A stretch of 19,384 nucleotides of DNA, taken from contig JAQGDQ010001954.1 of assembly GCA_030141605.1 (NCBI GenBank), positions 1 through 19,384 of the forward strand, read 5' to 3'. Positions 1-11,269 of the stretch are shown piece by piece (the first letter of the stretch is position 1; each line of letters starts with the position of its first letter). A model generated the notes under the pieces. That model ran no database searches. It was not told the origin of the DNA and saw nothing but the letters and a program-made list of their open reading frames with translations. The translations under genes were made by a program, and so were the position numbers. The stretch is from Tubiluchus corallicola (lineage: Eukaryota > Animalia > Priapulida).

Positions 1-492
1 CTTGTTACGGTGTCACATATTTTATTTTTAAGTTAAAATTTGACAAAATAAGTAAAATTATGCGTTGAAGTATTCTGTGCGAATGGATTACAAGGCCAGC
101 AGTATAGCACAATTGGAAGTAGAGTTTGCATCTATAGCTGTTACGCTTACGCCCTTCGTTTTTTTGTAGCTTTAGGCTTGTGAGACCCTTAATCCGCCCC
201 TGGGAATATGGGAGATCTTCATTCCAATCTGCAATGCGTCTCAGTCTTGAATATGAATGACGATATGTTGCTTATTATAGGCGATAATTGCTTTTAACCC
301 TTAAGCGACAAAAGGTTTTTGTATTACGCTAAAAACCAAGCGGGGTAACAAATTACCCCAAGAAAGTTTCGCTTAATATGTGTTACTAACTGGACAGAAT
401 GACCAACTGGCAATCGAGGTGCCCCAGTTAGTGACAAAACCAAGTTCTGCAGCAGGACGGCATAGATGTATGAGGACAGCAAAGACGAAATG

Positions 493-952
493 AAGTGATC
501 CACCATTGCACCGTATAGTTTATGCATGGTTCATCAAGTCTTTTAACAATTCTTCTACAAGGTTAATGATGTTTACTGTTCATTTGTGAGACATCCACTT
601 CATCTCCACTTGCTGTGTATTCTAAAAATTCATCTTCCTCAGCTTCAATCAAGTGATCCACCATTGCACTGTATAGTTTATGCATGGTTCATCAAGTCTT
701 TTAACAATTCTTCTAATAGGTTAATGATGTTCACTGTTCATTTGTGAGACGTCCACTTCATCTTCACTTGCTGTGTATTCTAAAACTTCATCTTCATCAG
801 CTTCAATCAAGCGATCCACCATTGCACTGTATAGTTTATGCATGGTTCATCAAGTCTTTTAACAATTCTTCTACAAGGTTAATGATGTTCACTGTTCATT
901 TGTGAGACATCCACTTCATCTTCACTTGAACTTCATCTTTGTCAGCTTCAAT
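493..952 (+). repeat. 158-bp tandem repeat, about 2.9 copies (mirrored at ~5910-6370; single copy at ~7253-7430)
   Basis: gatccaccattgcac recurs at 497, 655 and 813. Confidence 0.9.
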
Positions 953-1186
953 CTTAGCCGCCTGCACAGCAATGTCCACAAACATGAAATTTCCTCAGTA
1001 GATTGTTAGAAAAATCAGTTTGTGCAGCTACAATTGGAAGTTTGCAGCACTTCTTGGTTGTCAACGTAAACATAATGTTGTTGCCATGAGAAACCTTTGG
1101 ATTTTGTCGTGTTGATGTGCTTTGTAAGTGTCATTTTTTTGCGTAAAGTGACTTTGATAAAAGAGTGAGTGTTATTTTCAAGGTAG

Positions 1187-1360
1187 GTTCAGAAAAGGTC
1201 ATAAATACGTCGGTAATCAACAGCACAGGTTTGGCAGCAGCATCAAGTACTGAGACGTTTATTTTCAAGGATGAGGACGATGGAAAACAACTAACTTGTG
1301 TTGTGTTTACTCATGAGCTCGTCAACAAACAGTTTGTCAACAAAACTCTTGATATCAAAT
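1187..1360 (+). pseudogene. Inverted duplicate of the Ig2 second-half exon (5504-5677): pseudo-exon, or exon of an oppositely oriented paralogous copy
   Basis: Same splice sites and reading frame as 5504-5677; one amino-acid difference (TFIFK vs TFVFK). No compatible downstream + strand exon found. Confidence 0.7.
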
Positions 1361-1488
1361 GTGAGTTTTGAGATATTTTCTCACACTTTCCTTTGTAAAA
1401 AATCGGATAAGAGTTGAGCCGGATTATCTTATAGGCTAGTATGTATAAGTACAGTAGTATATATAGTATATATATATACATATATAGC

Positions 1489-1826
1489 ATACTATACTAT
1501 ACTATACTATACTATACTATACTATACTATACTATACTATACTATACTATACTATACTATACTATACTATACTATACTATACTATACTATACTATACTAT
1601 ACTATACTATACTATACTATGCTACGCTACGCTACGCTACACTGCACTGCACTGCACTGCACTGCACTAAACTACACTACACGAAACTACACTACACTAC
1701 ACTACACTACACTACACTACACTACACTATACTACACTACACTACACTACACTACACTACACTACACTACACTACACTACACTACACTACACTACACTAC
1801 ACTACACTACACTACACTACACTACA
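1489..1826 (+). repeat. Compound pentanucleotide microsatellite (ACTAT)n-(GCTAC)n-(ACTGC)n-(ACTAC)n
   Basis: Direct reading. Confidence 0.95.
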
Positions 1827-2229
1827 CCCACTCTCTGGCTTTACGAGCAGTATTGTACTTCTGACTTAGGTTTTTCTTACACACCTACTCTCTGGCTTTA
1901 CGAGCAGTATTGTACTTCTGACTTTGGTTTTTCCTACACACCTACTCTCTGGCTTTACGAACAGTATTGTACTTCTGACTTGGGTTTTTCCTACACACCC
2001 ACTCTCTGGCTTTACGAGCAGTATTGTACTTCTGACTTAGGTTTTTCCTACACACCTACTCTCTGGCTTTACGAGCAGTATTGTACTTCTGACTTAGGTT
2101 TTTCTTACACACCTACTCTCTGGCTTTACGAACAGTATTGTACTTCTGACTTAGGTTTTTCTTACACACCTACTCTCTGGCTTTACGAACAGTATTGTAC
2201 TTCTGGCTTCGGTTTTTCCTACACACCTA
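1822..2229 (+). repeat. 57-bp minisatellite, 7 copies
   Basis: ctctctggctttacg recurs at 1831, 1888, 1945, 2002, 2059, 2116 and 2173. Confidence 0.95.
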
Positions 2230-2343
2230 AGTAATTCCTGACTGTTAGACAAATAAATTCTAGCTTAATTACCACTGTAATTGTTTATATATTCATTATT
2301 CATTCGAAAAAATTAGCAACAAAGGACAACAAGACCTTCTTAC

Positions 2344-2631
2344 GTTTTGTTTTCAGTGTATATTGGGCAAATCCTGCACCAAACCCATTGTCGACGTCAC
2401 ACGAATAGTCGCCAGCCTCCTCATCTTTAATAAAGTCCAAAGTTAGAATTTGATCAGTCTGATCAGCTAGCCGACCACTCGGACCACTCCAAACGAATGT
2501 CGGCAGGGGATTAGCGCGAACGTTGCACCGAAGAAGAACACTCGCTCCGGTTAGAACCGTAGTTCCATCTACAGCCACTTCGGCGTTTTCTGGTTCTAGC
2601 AGTGCTATGCTTACCGAATCAGGTGTCAGAT
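2344..2631 (-). CDS. Exon: immunoglobulin domain 3 (I-set-like)
   Basis: Acceptor gtattacag|AT and donor AAAC|gtaaga; 288 nt, phase 1-1. Motifs GASVLLRCNVRANPLPTFVW...LTLDFIKDEEAGDYSCDVDNGFG. Confidence 0.9.
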
Positions 2632-2784
2632 CTGTAATACGTTTTGAAATTAGATGTATTTGGAAAAGTTAGCTAACACAAAGACATTTGTAAAATGATA
2701 CAAAATGAAAAATTGTTTGTCAGACCAACCTGAGCATTGAAACGCCACACAACTATTCGACTTCGTTGGCTAAGGGAATGCTTA

Positions 2785-3036
2785 GGGCGCGTTCAGACTA
2801 GCGCGTTTACTGTCAGTAAAAAAGCATTCACAGCTATAAGGTTTGACGATTGTTATTTACAAACAAACTGTCGTTTCACATCTTAAAATAACAAGATTGT
2901 ATGATTCATACGGAGATGACGATAGCTAGCAAATGTTTATTGTTCACAAATTATACTAATCGTTTTCTTATATTGTGCCAGGCTTTGCTGCAAAGGTGCG
3001 AAAAATGTGGCTATTAAGGCCAGTGTGAACCTGACT
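2785..3036. mobile_element. Possible degenerate PIF/Harbinger-like MITE
   Basis: Imperfect TIRs gggcgcgttcagactag / ccagtgtgaacctgact (about 11/17 match) flanked by TTA and TAA. Confidence 0.3.
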
Positions 3037-3541
3037 TAAAAAATATTATTTTTGTAGCCACGGTGGATCCATCTAGATGGAAAGTTTAAAGTGTGGGCAT
3101 TGACCTAGTTATGTTTTCATCATGCTGTTCTGTAGTATATGTGAACATGTGTCTTGTGCAAGCTAGTGAAATTTTTCATTAGATATATGCCGCAACGATG
3201 TAAGTTTACTTCTATTAATTTTTATTTTGATTTATTCATTGATATTTCTGAATGGACTAAATAACTGTCAATCCAACTAAACTTGTAACATTTCATAAAA
3301 TTAGCCAATGTCAGTCACTTTTGCTTTTCTATTTTAATTTTTAAATATTGCAGAAATAAAGATCAGTGGTTTACATGAAATTCAACTGAGACTTTTGAAG
3401 ATTTGTCATAAATGTCTCTCAGAGACACTAACAGTGGCAATGATAAATTTGCACACATGCCAGAAGCACTACAATCATATTGTAACTTATACAGCTTCCA
3501 GATGCCATTGTTATACGTAACTCGTATTTTGTTAAAGACGA

Positions 3542-4452
3542 TAGAGGCGTCTCGTATACAGGTACTGTGGAACTGCAGCACCCCCTATTTTCACTCATTA
3601 TTATCGACAATATACAATATAATAAGTCTTTTTTCTTTAGTTCTTTCTTTATACTTGTACGGTCCAGAGCACGTTAGGGTAGTACTGTTTGCTTCACAGC
3701 CCAGCACAGTGTGCTCTAGCAACGCAGAATTGCGCTGTAGCGGGCATGTGCACACGTCTGAGCCCAGGTAGAGAAAGTACTGTCGCTCACACAGTTTGGG
3801 AACCAGAGCACGGGAGGGTAGTACTGTTTGCTTCACAGCCCAGCACCGTGTGCTCCAGCAACGCAGAATTTGGCTGTAGCGGGCATGTGCACACGTCTGA
3901 GCCCAGGTAGAGAAAGCGCTGTCACTCACACAGTTTGGGAACCAGAGCACGGGAGGGTAGTACTGTTTGCTTCACAGCCCAGCACAGTGTGCTCTAGCAA
4001 CGCAGAATTTGGCTGTAGCGGGCATGTGCACACGTCTGAGCCCAGGTAGAGGAAGTACTGTCACTCACACAGTTTGGGAACCAGATCACGTGAAGGTAGT
4101 ACGGTTTGCTTCACAGATCAAGCACAGTGTGCTCCAGCAGAATTTGGCTGTAGCACACGTCTGAGCCCAGGTAGAGAAAGTACTGTCGCTCACACAGTTT
4201 GTTGTTATTTGTCACGTGCTTAAAAACCGCGTACCTGCATATTCTTGAACAACGGCAATTTAGGCTATTCATAAGCAAACAACATTTTTTGTTTAGGATT
4301 TTACCAAGTTTATGTATAAATTTTCGTACGTTTGTTTGTTTAAAATTACAACATTAAAATTACACGTTTGTTTTGTTTTACACTGTATTAAAACAAAGGC
4401 TAAAAATTGTCTGAAGCAGTACCCCAGTAATTTTAGCAATGAGCCCCCAACG
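3542..4452 (+). mobile_element. Non-autonomous DNA-transposon-like element, copy A (degenerate hAT-like ends), containing the 139-bp array
   Basis: Collinear similarity to 6959-7725 in three blocks (3599-3710, 4171-4237, 4255-4410). Ends tagaggcgtctcgt / atgagcccccaacg; no clear TSD. Confidence 0.5.
3664..4200 (+). repeat. 139-bp tandem repeat, about 4 copies (last copy partly deleted)
   Basis: ccagagcacg-like unit starts at 3664, 3803, 3942 and 4081. Confidence 0.93.
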
Positions 4453-4530
4453 AGTGACATACGATAAAAATTACAACAATATTTCTTAAAAATATGTAAT
4501 TTAACATCGAGGAAACATGCTCTGATTATA

Positions 4531-5375
4531 CTATATATAGCATAGTATATATACTACTATACTATTCATATACCATATATATATATAGTATATATGGTAT
4601 AGTATGGTATATAGTATATATACATAGTATAGTAGTATATATACTATACTATATACATTAATAGTATATATATAGTATAGTATATATATAGTATATGGTA
4701 TATAGTATAGTACATATAGTATGTAGTATACTATACAGTATATAGTATATATAGTGTAATGCAGTGTAGTAAAGTGTTGTGTGGTGCAGTGTAGTGTAGT
4801 GTAGTGTAGTGTAGTGTAGTGTAGTGTAGTGTAGTGTAGTGTAGTGTAGTGTAGTGTAGTGTAGTGTAGTGTAGTGTAGTGTAGTGTAGTGTAGTGCGGT
4901 GCGGTGCGGTGCGGTGCGGTGCGGTGCGGTGCGGTACGGTACGGTACGGTACGGTACGGTACGGTATGGTATGGTATAGTGTGGTATAGTATAGTGTAGT
5001 TTAGTGTAGTGTAGTGTTGTGTAGTGTGTGTAGTGTAGTGTAGTGTAGTGTAGTGTAGTGTAGCGTAGCGTAGCGTAGCGTAGTGTAGTGTAGTGTAGTG
5101 TAGTGTAGTGTAGTGTAGTGTAGTGTAGTGTAGTGTAGTGTAGTATAGTATAGTGTAGTATAGTGTATATAGTATAGTATAGTGTAGTGTAGTGTAGTAT
5201 AGTGTAGTGTAGTGTTGTGTAGCGTAGCGTAGCATAGCGTAGCATAGTATAGTATAGTATAGTATAGTATAGTATAGTATAGTATAGTATAGTATAGTAT
5301 AGTATAGTATAGTATAGTATAGTATAGTATAGTATAGTATAGTATAGTATAGTATAGTATAGTATAGTATAGTAT
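4531..5375 (+). repeat. Compound microsatellite: degenerate TA-rich tract, then (TAGTG)n-(CGGTG)n-(CGGTA)n-(TGGTA)n-(TAGTG)n-(TAGCG)n-(TAGTA)n
   Basis: Direct reading. Confidence 0.95.
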
Positions 5376-6859
5376 GCTATATATGTATATATATATACTA
5401 TATATACTACTGTACTTATACATACTAGCCTATAAGATAATCCGGCTCAACTCTTATCCGATTTTTTACAAAGGAAAGTGTGAGAAAATATCTCAAAACT
5501 CACATTTGATATCAAGAGTTTTGTTGACAAACTGTTTGTTGACGAGCTCATGAGTAAACACAACACAAGTTAGTTGTTTTCCATCGTCCTCATCCTTGAA
5601 AACAAACGTCTCAGTACTTGATGCTGCTGCCAAACCTGTGCTGTTGATTACCGACGTATTTATGACCTTTTCTGAACCTACCTTGAAAATAACACTCACT
5701 CTTTTATCAAAGTCACTTTACGCAAAAAAATGACACTTATAAAGCACATCAACGCGACAAATTCCAAAGGTTTCTCATGACAACAACAATATGTTTACGT
5801 TGACAACCAAGAAGTGCTGCAAACTTCCAATTGTAGCTGCACAAACTGATTTTTCTAACAATCTACTGAGGAAATTTCATGTTTGTGGACATTGCTGTGT
5901 AGGCGGCTAAGATTGAAGCTGACAAAGATGAAGTTCAAGTGAAGATGAAGTGTCTCACAAATGAACAGTGAACATCATTAACCTTGTAGAAGAATTGTTA
6001 AAAGACTTGATGAACCATGCATAAACTATACAGTGCAATGGTGGATCGCTTGATTGAAGCTGATGAAGATGAAGTTTTAGAATACACAGCAAGTGAAGAT
6101 GAAGTGGATGTCTCACAAATGAACAGTGAACATCATTAACTTATTAGAAGAATTGTTAAAAGACTTGATAAACCATGCATAAACTATACAGTGCAATGGT
6201 GGATCACTTGATTGAAGCTGAGGAAGATGAATTTTTAGAATACACAGCAAGTGGAGATGAAGTGGATGTCTCACAAATGAACAGTAAACATCATTAACCT
6301 TGTAGAAGAATTGTTAAAAGACTTGATGAACCATGCATAAACTATACGGTGCAAAGATGGATCGCTTCATTTCGTCTTTGCTGTCCTCATACATCTATGC
6401 CGTCCTGCTGCAGAACTTGGTTTTGTCACTAACTGGGGCACCTCGATTGCCAGGTGGTCATTCTGTCCAGTTAGTAACACATATTAAGCCAAACTTTCTT
6501 GGGATAATTTGTTACCCCGCGTAGTCTTTATCGTAATACAAAAACCTTTTGTCGCTTAAGGGTTAAAAGCAATTATCGCCTATAATAAGCAACATATCGT
6601 CATTCATATTCAAGACTGAGACGCATTGCAGATTGGAATGAAGATCTCCCATATTCCCAGGGGCGGATTAAGGGTCTCACAAGCCTAAAGCTACAAAAAA
6701 ACGAAGGGCGTAAGCGTAACAGCTATAGATGCAAACTCTACTTCCAATTGTGCTATACTGCTGGCCTTGTAATCCATTCGCACAGAATACTTCAACGCAT
6801 AATTTTACTTATTTTGTCAAATTTTAACTTAAAAATAAAATATGTGACACCGTAACAAG
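5224..6859 (-). repeat. Right arm of the large inverted duplication
   Basis: Reverse complement of 1-~1640; mirrored ORFs 324-527/6333-6524 and 1165-1371/5493-5699. Confidence 0.95.
5504..5677 (-). CDS. Exon: second half of immunoglobulin domain 2
   Basis: Acceptor ttttcaaggtag|GT and donor AAAT|gtgagt; 174 nt, phase 1-1. Peptide GSEKVINTS...FKDEDDGKQLTCVV...KTLDIK(Y) carries the DDGxxLTC motif and completes the domain begun at 8905-9045. Confidence 0.85.
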
Positions 6860-6958
6860 TCAGATTGCTACCAAACTTCTTGGAAACCATTAAAAATGTC
6901 GTGGAGCTGTTCTTCAGGTTCTGTAACAGACTTGTGAAGAGCTTTTGTCGTTAGTCCA

Positions 6959-7725
6959 TAGTGGCGGCTCGGCCTATTTTCAGTGGATATTATCGATAAT
7001 AATCGATATAATAAGTCTTTTCCTTTAGTTCTTCTTTATACTTGTACTGAACTAGAGCATATGACGGTAGTACTGTTTGCTTCACAGCCCAGCACAGTGG
7101 TGCGTTCGACTGTTGTGTGCATACGGCCATGCACACATGTCTGAGAAGACACGCGTACGCTTCACTGCTAGCGTCTCCTGCTAGATAGAGAAAGTACTGC
7201 TGCTAATACAGTTTGTTGTCGGTTGTCACGTACTTAAAAACCGTGTATCGGCGTCAGCTTCAATCAAGCGATCCACCATTGCACGGTATAGTTTATGCAT
7301 GGTTCATCAAGTCTTTTAACAACTCTTCTACAAGGTTAATGATGTCCACTGTTCATTTGTGAGACATTCACTTCATCTTCACTTGCCGTGTATTCTAAAA
7401 CTTCATCTTCGTCAGCTTCAATCTTAGCCACCTACACAGCAAAAATCCCTGCCATTTTGTATTAATTGAAGAATGTCCACAAACATGAAATTTCCTCAGT
7501 AGATTGTTAGAAAAATGAATAGCAATTTAGGCTATTCATAAAAAAATTGTGTTTAGGGTTTTATCAAGTTTATGTATAAATTTTCATACGTTTATTTGTT
7601 TAAAATTACAATTATAAATTACAACATTGAAATAACATATGTTTGTTTCATTTTACACGGTATTAAAATAATGACAAAAAATTATTAAGCATCCCTATTA
7701 ATATTTGAGCTACGAGATGCCACAC
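6959..7725 (+). mobile_element. Non-autonomous DNA-transposon-like element, copy B
   Basis: Ends tagtggcggctcg / acgagatgccacac. Homologous to 3542-4452 but with a single 139-bp-type unit and an extra ~260-bp segment (7253-7515) matching ~795-1015. Confidence 0.5.
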
Positions 7726-8236
7726 TCGTAACGAAAGGGAACCATGTTGTTTGCCATGCCTTTTAGCCTGGTTTAACGAAAAGAGAGTTGCTGTTCGTCA
7801 AAGAGGCTGTGCATCTGATGAAGATTCTAAAACGTTGGACAACAAGAAATATCGCTGAACGTGTCTAAATGTTCTACTCTTATTGTTTTGGATATAAGTA
7901 CGTGGTGCCTCCTTGTGTTTGTTTTTTGCAAATCTAGGCTGTTGATAGACAGGTGAGGTACGACAGGAAATAGGCCATTGGCCTCATTTTGCAGACAGGA
8001 TAGGAAAGAAGTCATTCTTGTTCAGTACGTCGTGTCGTTTTATAACAAAATTTTGTCAGTCGAGTTCTGTTTAGCAAGTTAGTAAGATGCGGCAAAGATG
8101 TAAGTTTCATTTCTTCATATTTCATAATATTATTACACATTTTCATTATAGCAGTTAATTATCCTTTTGACATTGGATTAGCAGAAAACGTTTGTTATTT
8201 GCTTCTGATAAAATGAAGTCGAGTCGCTCATAACAT

Positions 8237-8276
8237 GTCAGTCAGTCAGTCAGTCAGTCAGTCAGTCAGTCAGTCA
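8237..8276 (+). repeat. (GTCA)n microsatellite, about 10 units
   Basis: Direct reading. Confidence 0.95.
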
Positions 8277-8281
8277 AATAT

Positions 8282-8549
8282 GTGATACTGATTTTGGGAT
8301 GAGACGATGATTGCCCATTTTGGACAATAAAAAATCATAAATTACATCTAAAAGACTGTTGGACTTGTATTTAGCACATGTCGTGCATACTTATAAGGGT
8401 GAAATTCTTGCATCTAGTTGACCTAAGTATCTACATTACCTTTGTGTTTAAAATACCTTATGTCCAAATTACAGTGTCCAAAACATCGAGTGCCCAAACG
8501 GCCAAATATTGTCTTATCCAAATGTTTTATGGCGAAGCATCCTGTATCC
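8282..8549. mobile_element. Possible old foldback/MITE remnant
   Basis: ttttgggatgagacgatgattgcccattttggaca (~8292-8326) is an imperfect reverse complement of tgcccaaacggccaaatattgtcttatccaaa (~8491-8522). Confidence 0.3.
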
Positions 8550-8904
8550 AAACGTATCGTGAAAAATGAAATATTTTATGTACAATATAGTGTCAATCGC
8601 TCAAATATCTTTAGCGTATTCAGATTAAATAATTAAAAGGCCTTATCATTATTTAACTTGGCTTCAATTTGATGATTTCGAAGGCCTATCAAAATTCAAG
8701 TTATAAGGATATGAACTTGTTAGCCTGATGGTTAATCCGCCCCTAGATACACATTTGGCAAGGTAATGACCCAAGACGAACAGCCATTAACTAATTTTCC
8801 TTCCAGTTACAAACCAGGCTCAATGCTGACTAACTATGACACGCCATGATCACCCAACTGCCTCTCCTCTTAGCATAAGAAGAAATTAAAAACGTTCTGC
8901 ATAC

Positions 8905-9045
8905 CAACAAACCATGTCATGACAGGAGGTGGGTTTCCATTTTCCGTTTCGCACGCGATGTCGACTTCCTCTCCAGCTGTCACGGTGATGGTGGCGCCAC
9001 GTTCAATAACGCCACCAAGTTTCATGTTAAGCCGATTGGGTTGAA
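8905..9045 (-). CDS. Exon: first half of immunoglobulin domain 2 (C2-set-like; not in ORF track)
   Basis: Acceptor ttaattaacag|TT and donor GTTG|gtatgc; 141 nt, phase 1-1. Peptide VQPNRLNMKLGGVIERGATITVTAGEEVDIACETENGNPPPVMTWFVG (C...GNPPP.MTW). Confidence 0.88.
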
Positions 9046-9128
9046 CTGTTAATTAAGCACAAATCGTGATTAGGAAACGGAAAAAGAAATAAAAAACAGT
9101 CGCAGGATAATAAATCATCAACACTATA

Positions 9129-9276
9129 TGGTAAATCCTCGCTTAACGACACCCCGTTTAGCGACGTTTCGTTTTAACGACGCCGATCATTTGAGACCTT
9201 TTTTCACTTAACAACACACGTTTCGCTTAACACGCTTCGCTTAACGTCATTAGCGTTGTTAACTGAGGACTTACTC
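9129..9276. mobile_element. Short pogo/Tigger-like (Tc1/mariner superfamily) MITE
   Basis: Imperfect TIRs tggtaaatcctcgcttaacgac / gttgttaactgaggacttactc, with TA on both sides (9127-9128, 9277-9278) and internal cgcttaac-like subrepeats. Confidence 0.6.
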
Positions 9277-10164
9277 TATTGTGGTCTCCAGTTGGAATAA
9301 TTTTGCCATTTATGGCATCTTCATCTGTAGAGCAAGAAAAACAGTTGAAATTAGTAATAAAATTGTTGGGATGACAATGATATTATATGCCACAATTATA
9401 TCAAAATATTTTGAAATAGCTCCCCAAACATTACCTAAGTCGCATTTGAGTTACCAAAACACATACGAAATTTCTATGTCTACATTTGACTTACCTAAGT
9501 CACATTTGAACTTTCCTGTGTCCACAATTGACGTGTAAAACCTATAGTTATTGTACACTTAACCTTTGACCTACAGCAATTACGCATAGCGAAACTATTA
9601 ACAGGCTGGAAAATTAGTAGAGTACGTGGTGTGGACAATTATTATGCATTATTCGCGATTTTTTCGAAATTTTGACCAAAGAGCCTGCGGAAAAAACGTT
9701 CTAGCGGCGCCTGGTGGGACTGTCAGAAAGTCATATATAGCTTTTTAGAAAGAGGAAGAACAGGGCTACACGATGGTGTGGGCTATATTTTAGGACACGT
9801 CCACTGAGAGGAGTATCAACGAGTTAATTAGATGTTCTATTTTCGGCAATTTTCGCTTAGAAAACTGCTGACGCAATGCCATTGTTGTGACGTCATCCAT
9901 TATACTCTGCCTATAACCTTATAACTTTAATTCTGTAAAAGCTGCCGCTGCTGGCTTTGCGTTAGATAAACAGACAAACACTAGGTAGGATGTTCGCGTA
10001 TTTTTGATTATACGTGTAAATTTATACGCAAAATTTTTTGCGGGGCCTTTGCTAGTGCATTATTATTGCATAGACATTGTTATCCGCACTTTTGTTATAG
10101 TTTTTCATTTGGTTCTGTCCTGTAACGTTAACAAAAGTCACTAAATAATAATGAAAATATTTAC

Positions 10165-10506
10165 CAACGGGCACCAAGCGTCCGAACCGGGACTCCCCAT
10201 ATCCCAGAGAACTTTGGTACGTACAAGCATAAGCACCATTCCACTCCAGACTCACATTTAGGAATCTGATGCTGTAGTCTCCAGATGTTTCTGGATTTGG
10301 ATCAACCAACTCCACATTGGGATCATCCAAACTAAGAGGGGTGTCCACAACCTGTCCAAAAACTCTTCGCTTCCACTGGATAACTTTGTCACCTGCGTTT
10401 TCTGACATGTACACTTCCATTATGACGCAGTCTAGCGAAGCACTCCCTCCCAATAACAAAAATGTCTCAATTTCCGGTTCCTTGGAAAAAACATCCCCTT
10501 CTGAAG
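10165..10506 (-). CDS. Exon: immunoglobulin domain 1 (V-set-like)
   Basis: Acceptor cattttccttgcag|CT and donor GTTG|gtaaat; 342 nt, phase 1-1. Motifs GGSASLDC...IQWKR...GDYSIRFLNVSLEWNGAYAC. Confidence 0.9.
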
Positions 10507-10567
10507 CTGCAAGGAAAATGTATAGCATTATTGTAAAATTTTAGCAACAAAGTGCATGCCTTACATG

Positions 10568-10598
<31 letters not shown>

Positions 10599-10706
10599 TG
10601 AGCTAAACAGGTGAAAGTGCATTGTATTGTTCTATTCATAGGCACCAGGCCAACCTACAGGTAATGTTATGACCTCCACTTTAAACTAGGAAGCCCATCA
10701 CATTAC

Positions 10707-10730
10707 CTGCGATTGGTTGAGCAGTGGTTT
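10707..10730 (-). CDS. Possible 24-nt linker micro-exon (ETTAQPIA)
   Basis: Donor GCAG|gtaatg; pyrimidine-rich acceptor gttcgttctttccacaag| (uncommon AAG) with a CTGAC branch-like motif about 30 nt upstream. Phase 1-1, so inclusion or skipping keeps the frame. Confidence 0.35.
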
Positions 10731-11017
10731 CTTGTGGAAAGAACGAACACGTGACATCGTCAGTTGTCTTCTGGTTGTCGTGGAATGCACTTCTCCTGTC
10801 TGCCTGCCGAGTGTCGTGGATTCCGTAAGAGTAGAAGCATTGTCATCAGGTTATGTTTTTTCTATTGTGTTGTTCTTCTCAGCCGTCCCTTTTGAATTCT
10901 AAGTTTTGGTTTTGTTGTTTCTTTTTTTTAAATTTCTGGAGTGTCCGTTATGCAGCGCTTACCCGCATCACCGATGGCGGCCCGTAAGGCTATCTACCGG
11001 GTCGAACCCCGGAACAC

Positions 11018-11074
11018 ATATATATATATATATATATATATAATAAATACATAGAATAAATATATATATATATA
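11018..11074. repeat. Interrupted (TA)n microsatellite
   Basis: Direct reading. Confidence 0.85.
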
Positions 11075-11269
11075 TTGTTGGCATGGTAACAGTTATGCTG
11101 TTGGCACTAACAGTGTCAGGATCATCAACACCATCATCATTACTGTTGCCATTATTTGGTTGTAGCTGCTACTGCGGCGGTGGTGGCAGCAACGGTGGCA
11201 GTAGTGGCGATGGTAATGGAGGTTGTGGTGAATGATATTCCTGTTGTGTAACAATACAGAGGTATCAGG

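Larger units (their letters stand above)
1..1640 (+). repeat. Left arm of a large inverted duplication (probably continues beyond the window start)
   Basis: Bases 1-19 (cttgttacggtgtcacata) are the reverse complement of 6841-6859. The match continues with scattered substitutions and a 4-bp indel to about 1640, inside the pentamer microsatellite. Confidence 0.95.

Noticed and set aside
3354-3540. Plus-strand acceptor and open stretch as a partner exon for the mirrored exon 1187-1360
   Set aside because: The phase-1 join creates an immediate TAA, and no Ig or TM motif is present.
1441-5423. YYTIL/HYTTL ORFs, the 19-aa repeat ORF at 1980-2234 and the ORFs over the 139-bp repeat
   Set aside because: Translations of micro/minisatellites; no splice or domain support.
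5910-6524. 158-bp unit read on + resembles decayed acidic coding sequence (EADEDEVLEYTASEDEVDVSQ) and contains CTGATGA once
   Set aside because: Stops and frameshifts with no recognisable family motif; the CTGATGA lacks a stem II-GAAA, so it is not a hammerhead.
10955-11017. GC-rich hairpins (ccggg-tcgaac-cccgg) next to (TA)n, considered as an HDV-like ribozyme, Helitron end or LTR terminus
   Set aside because: Could not build the nested pseudoknot or find a matching second terminus.
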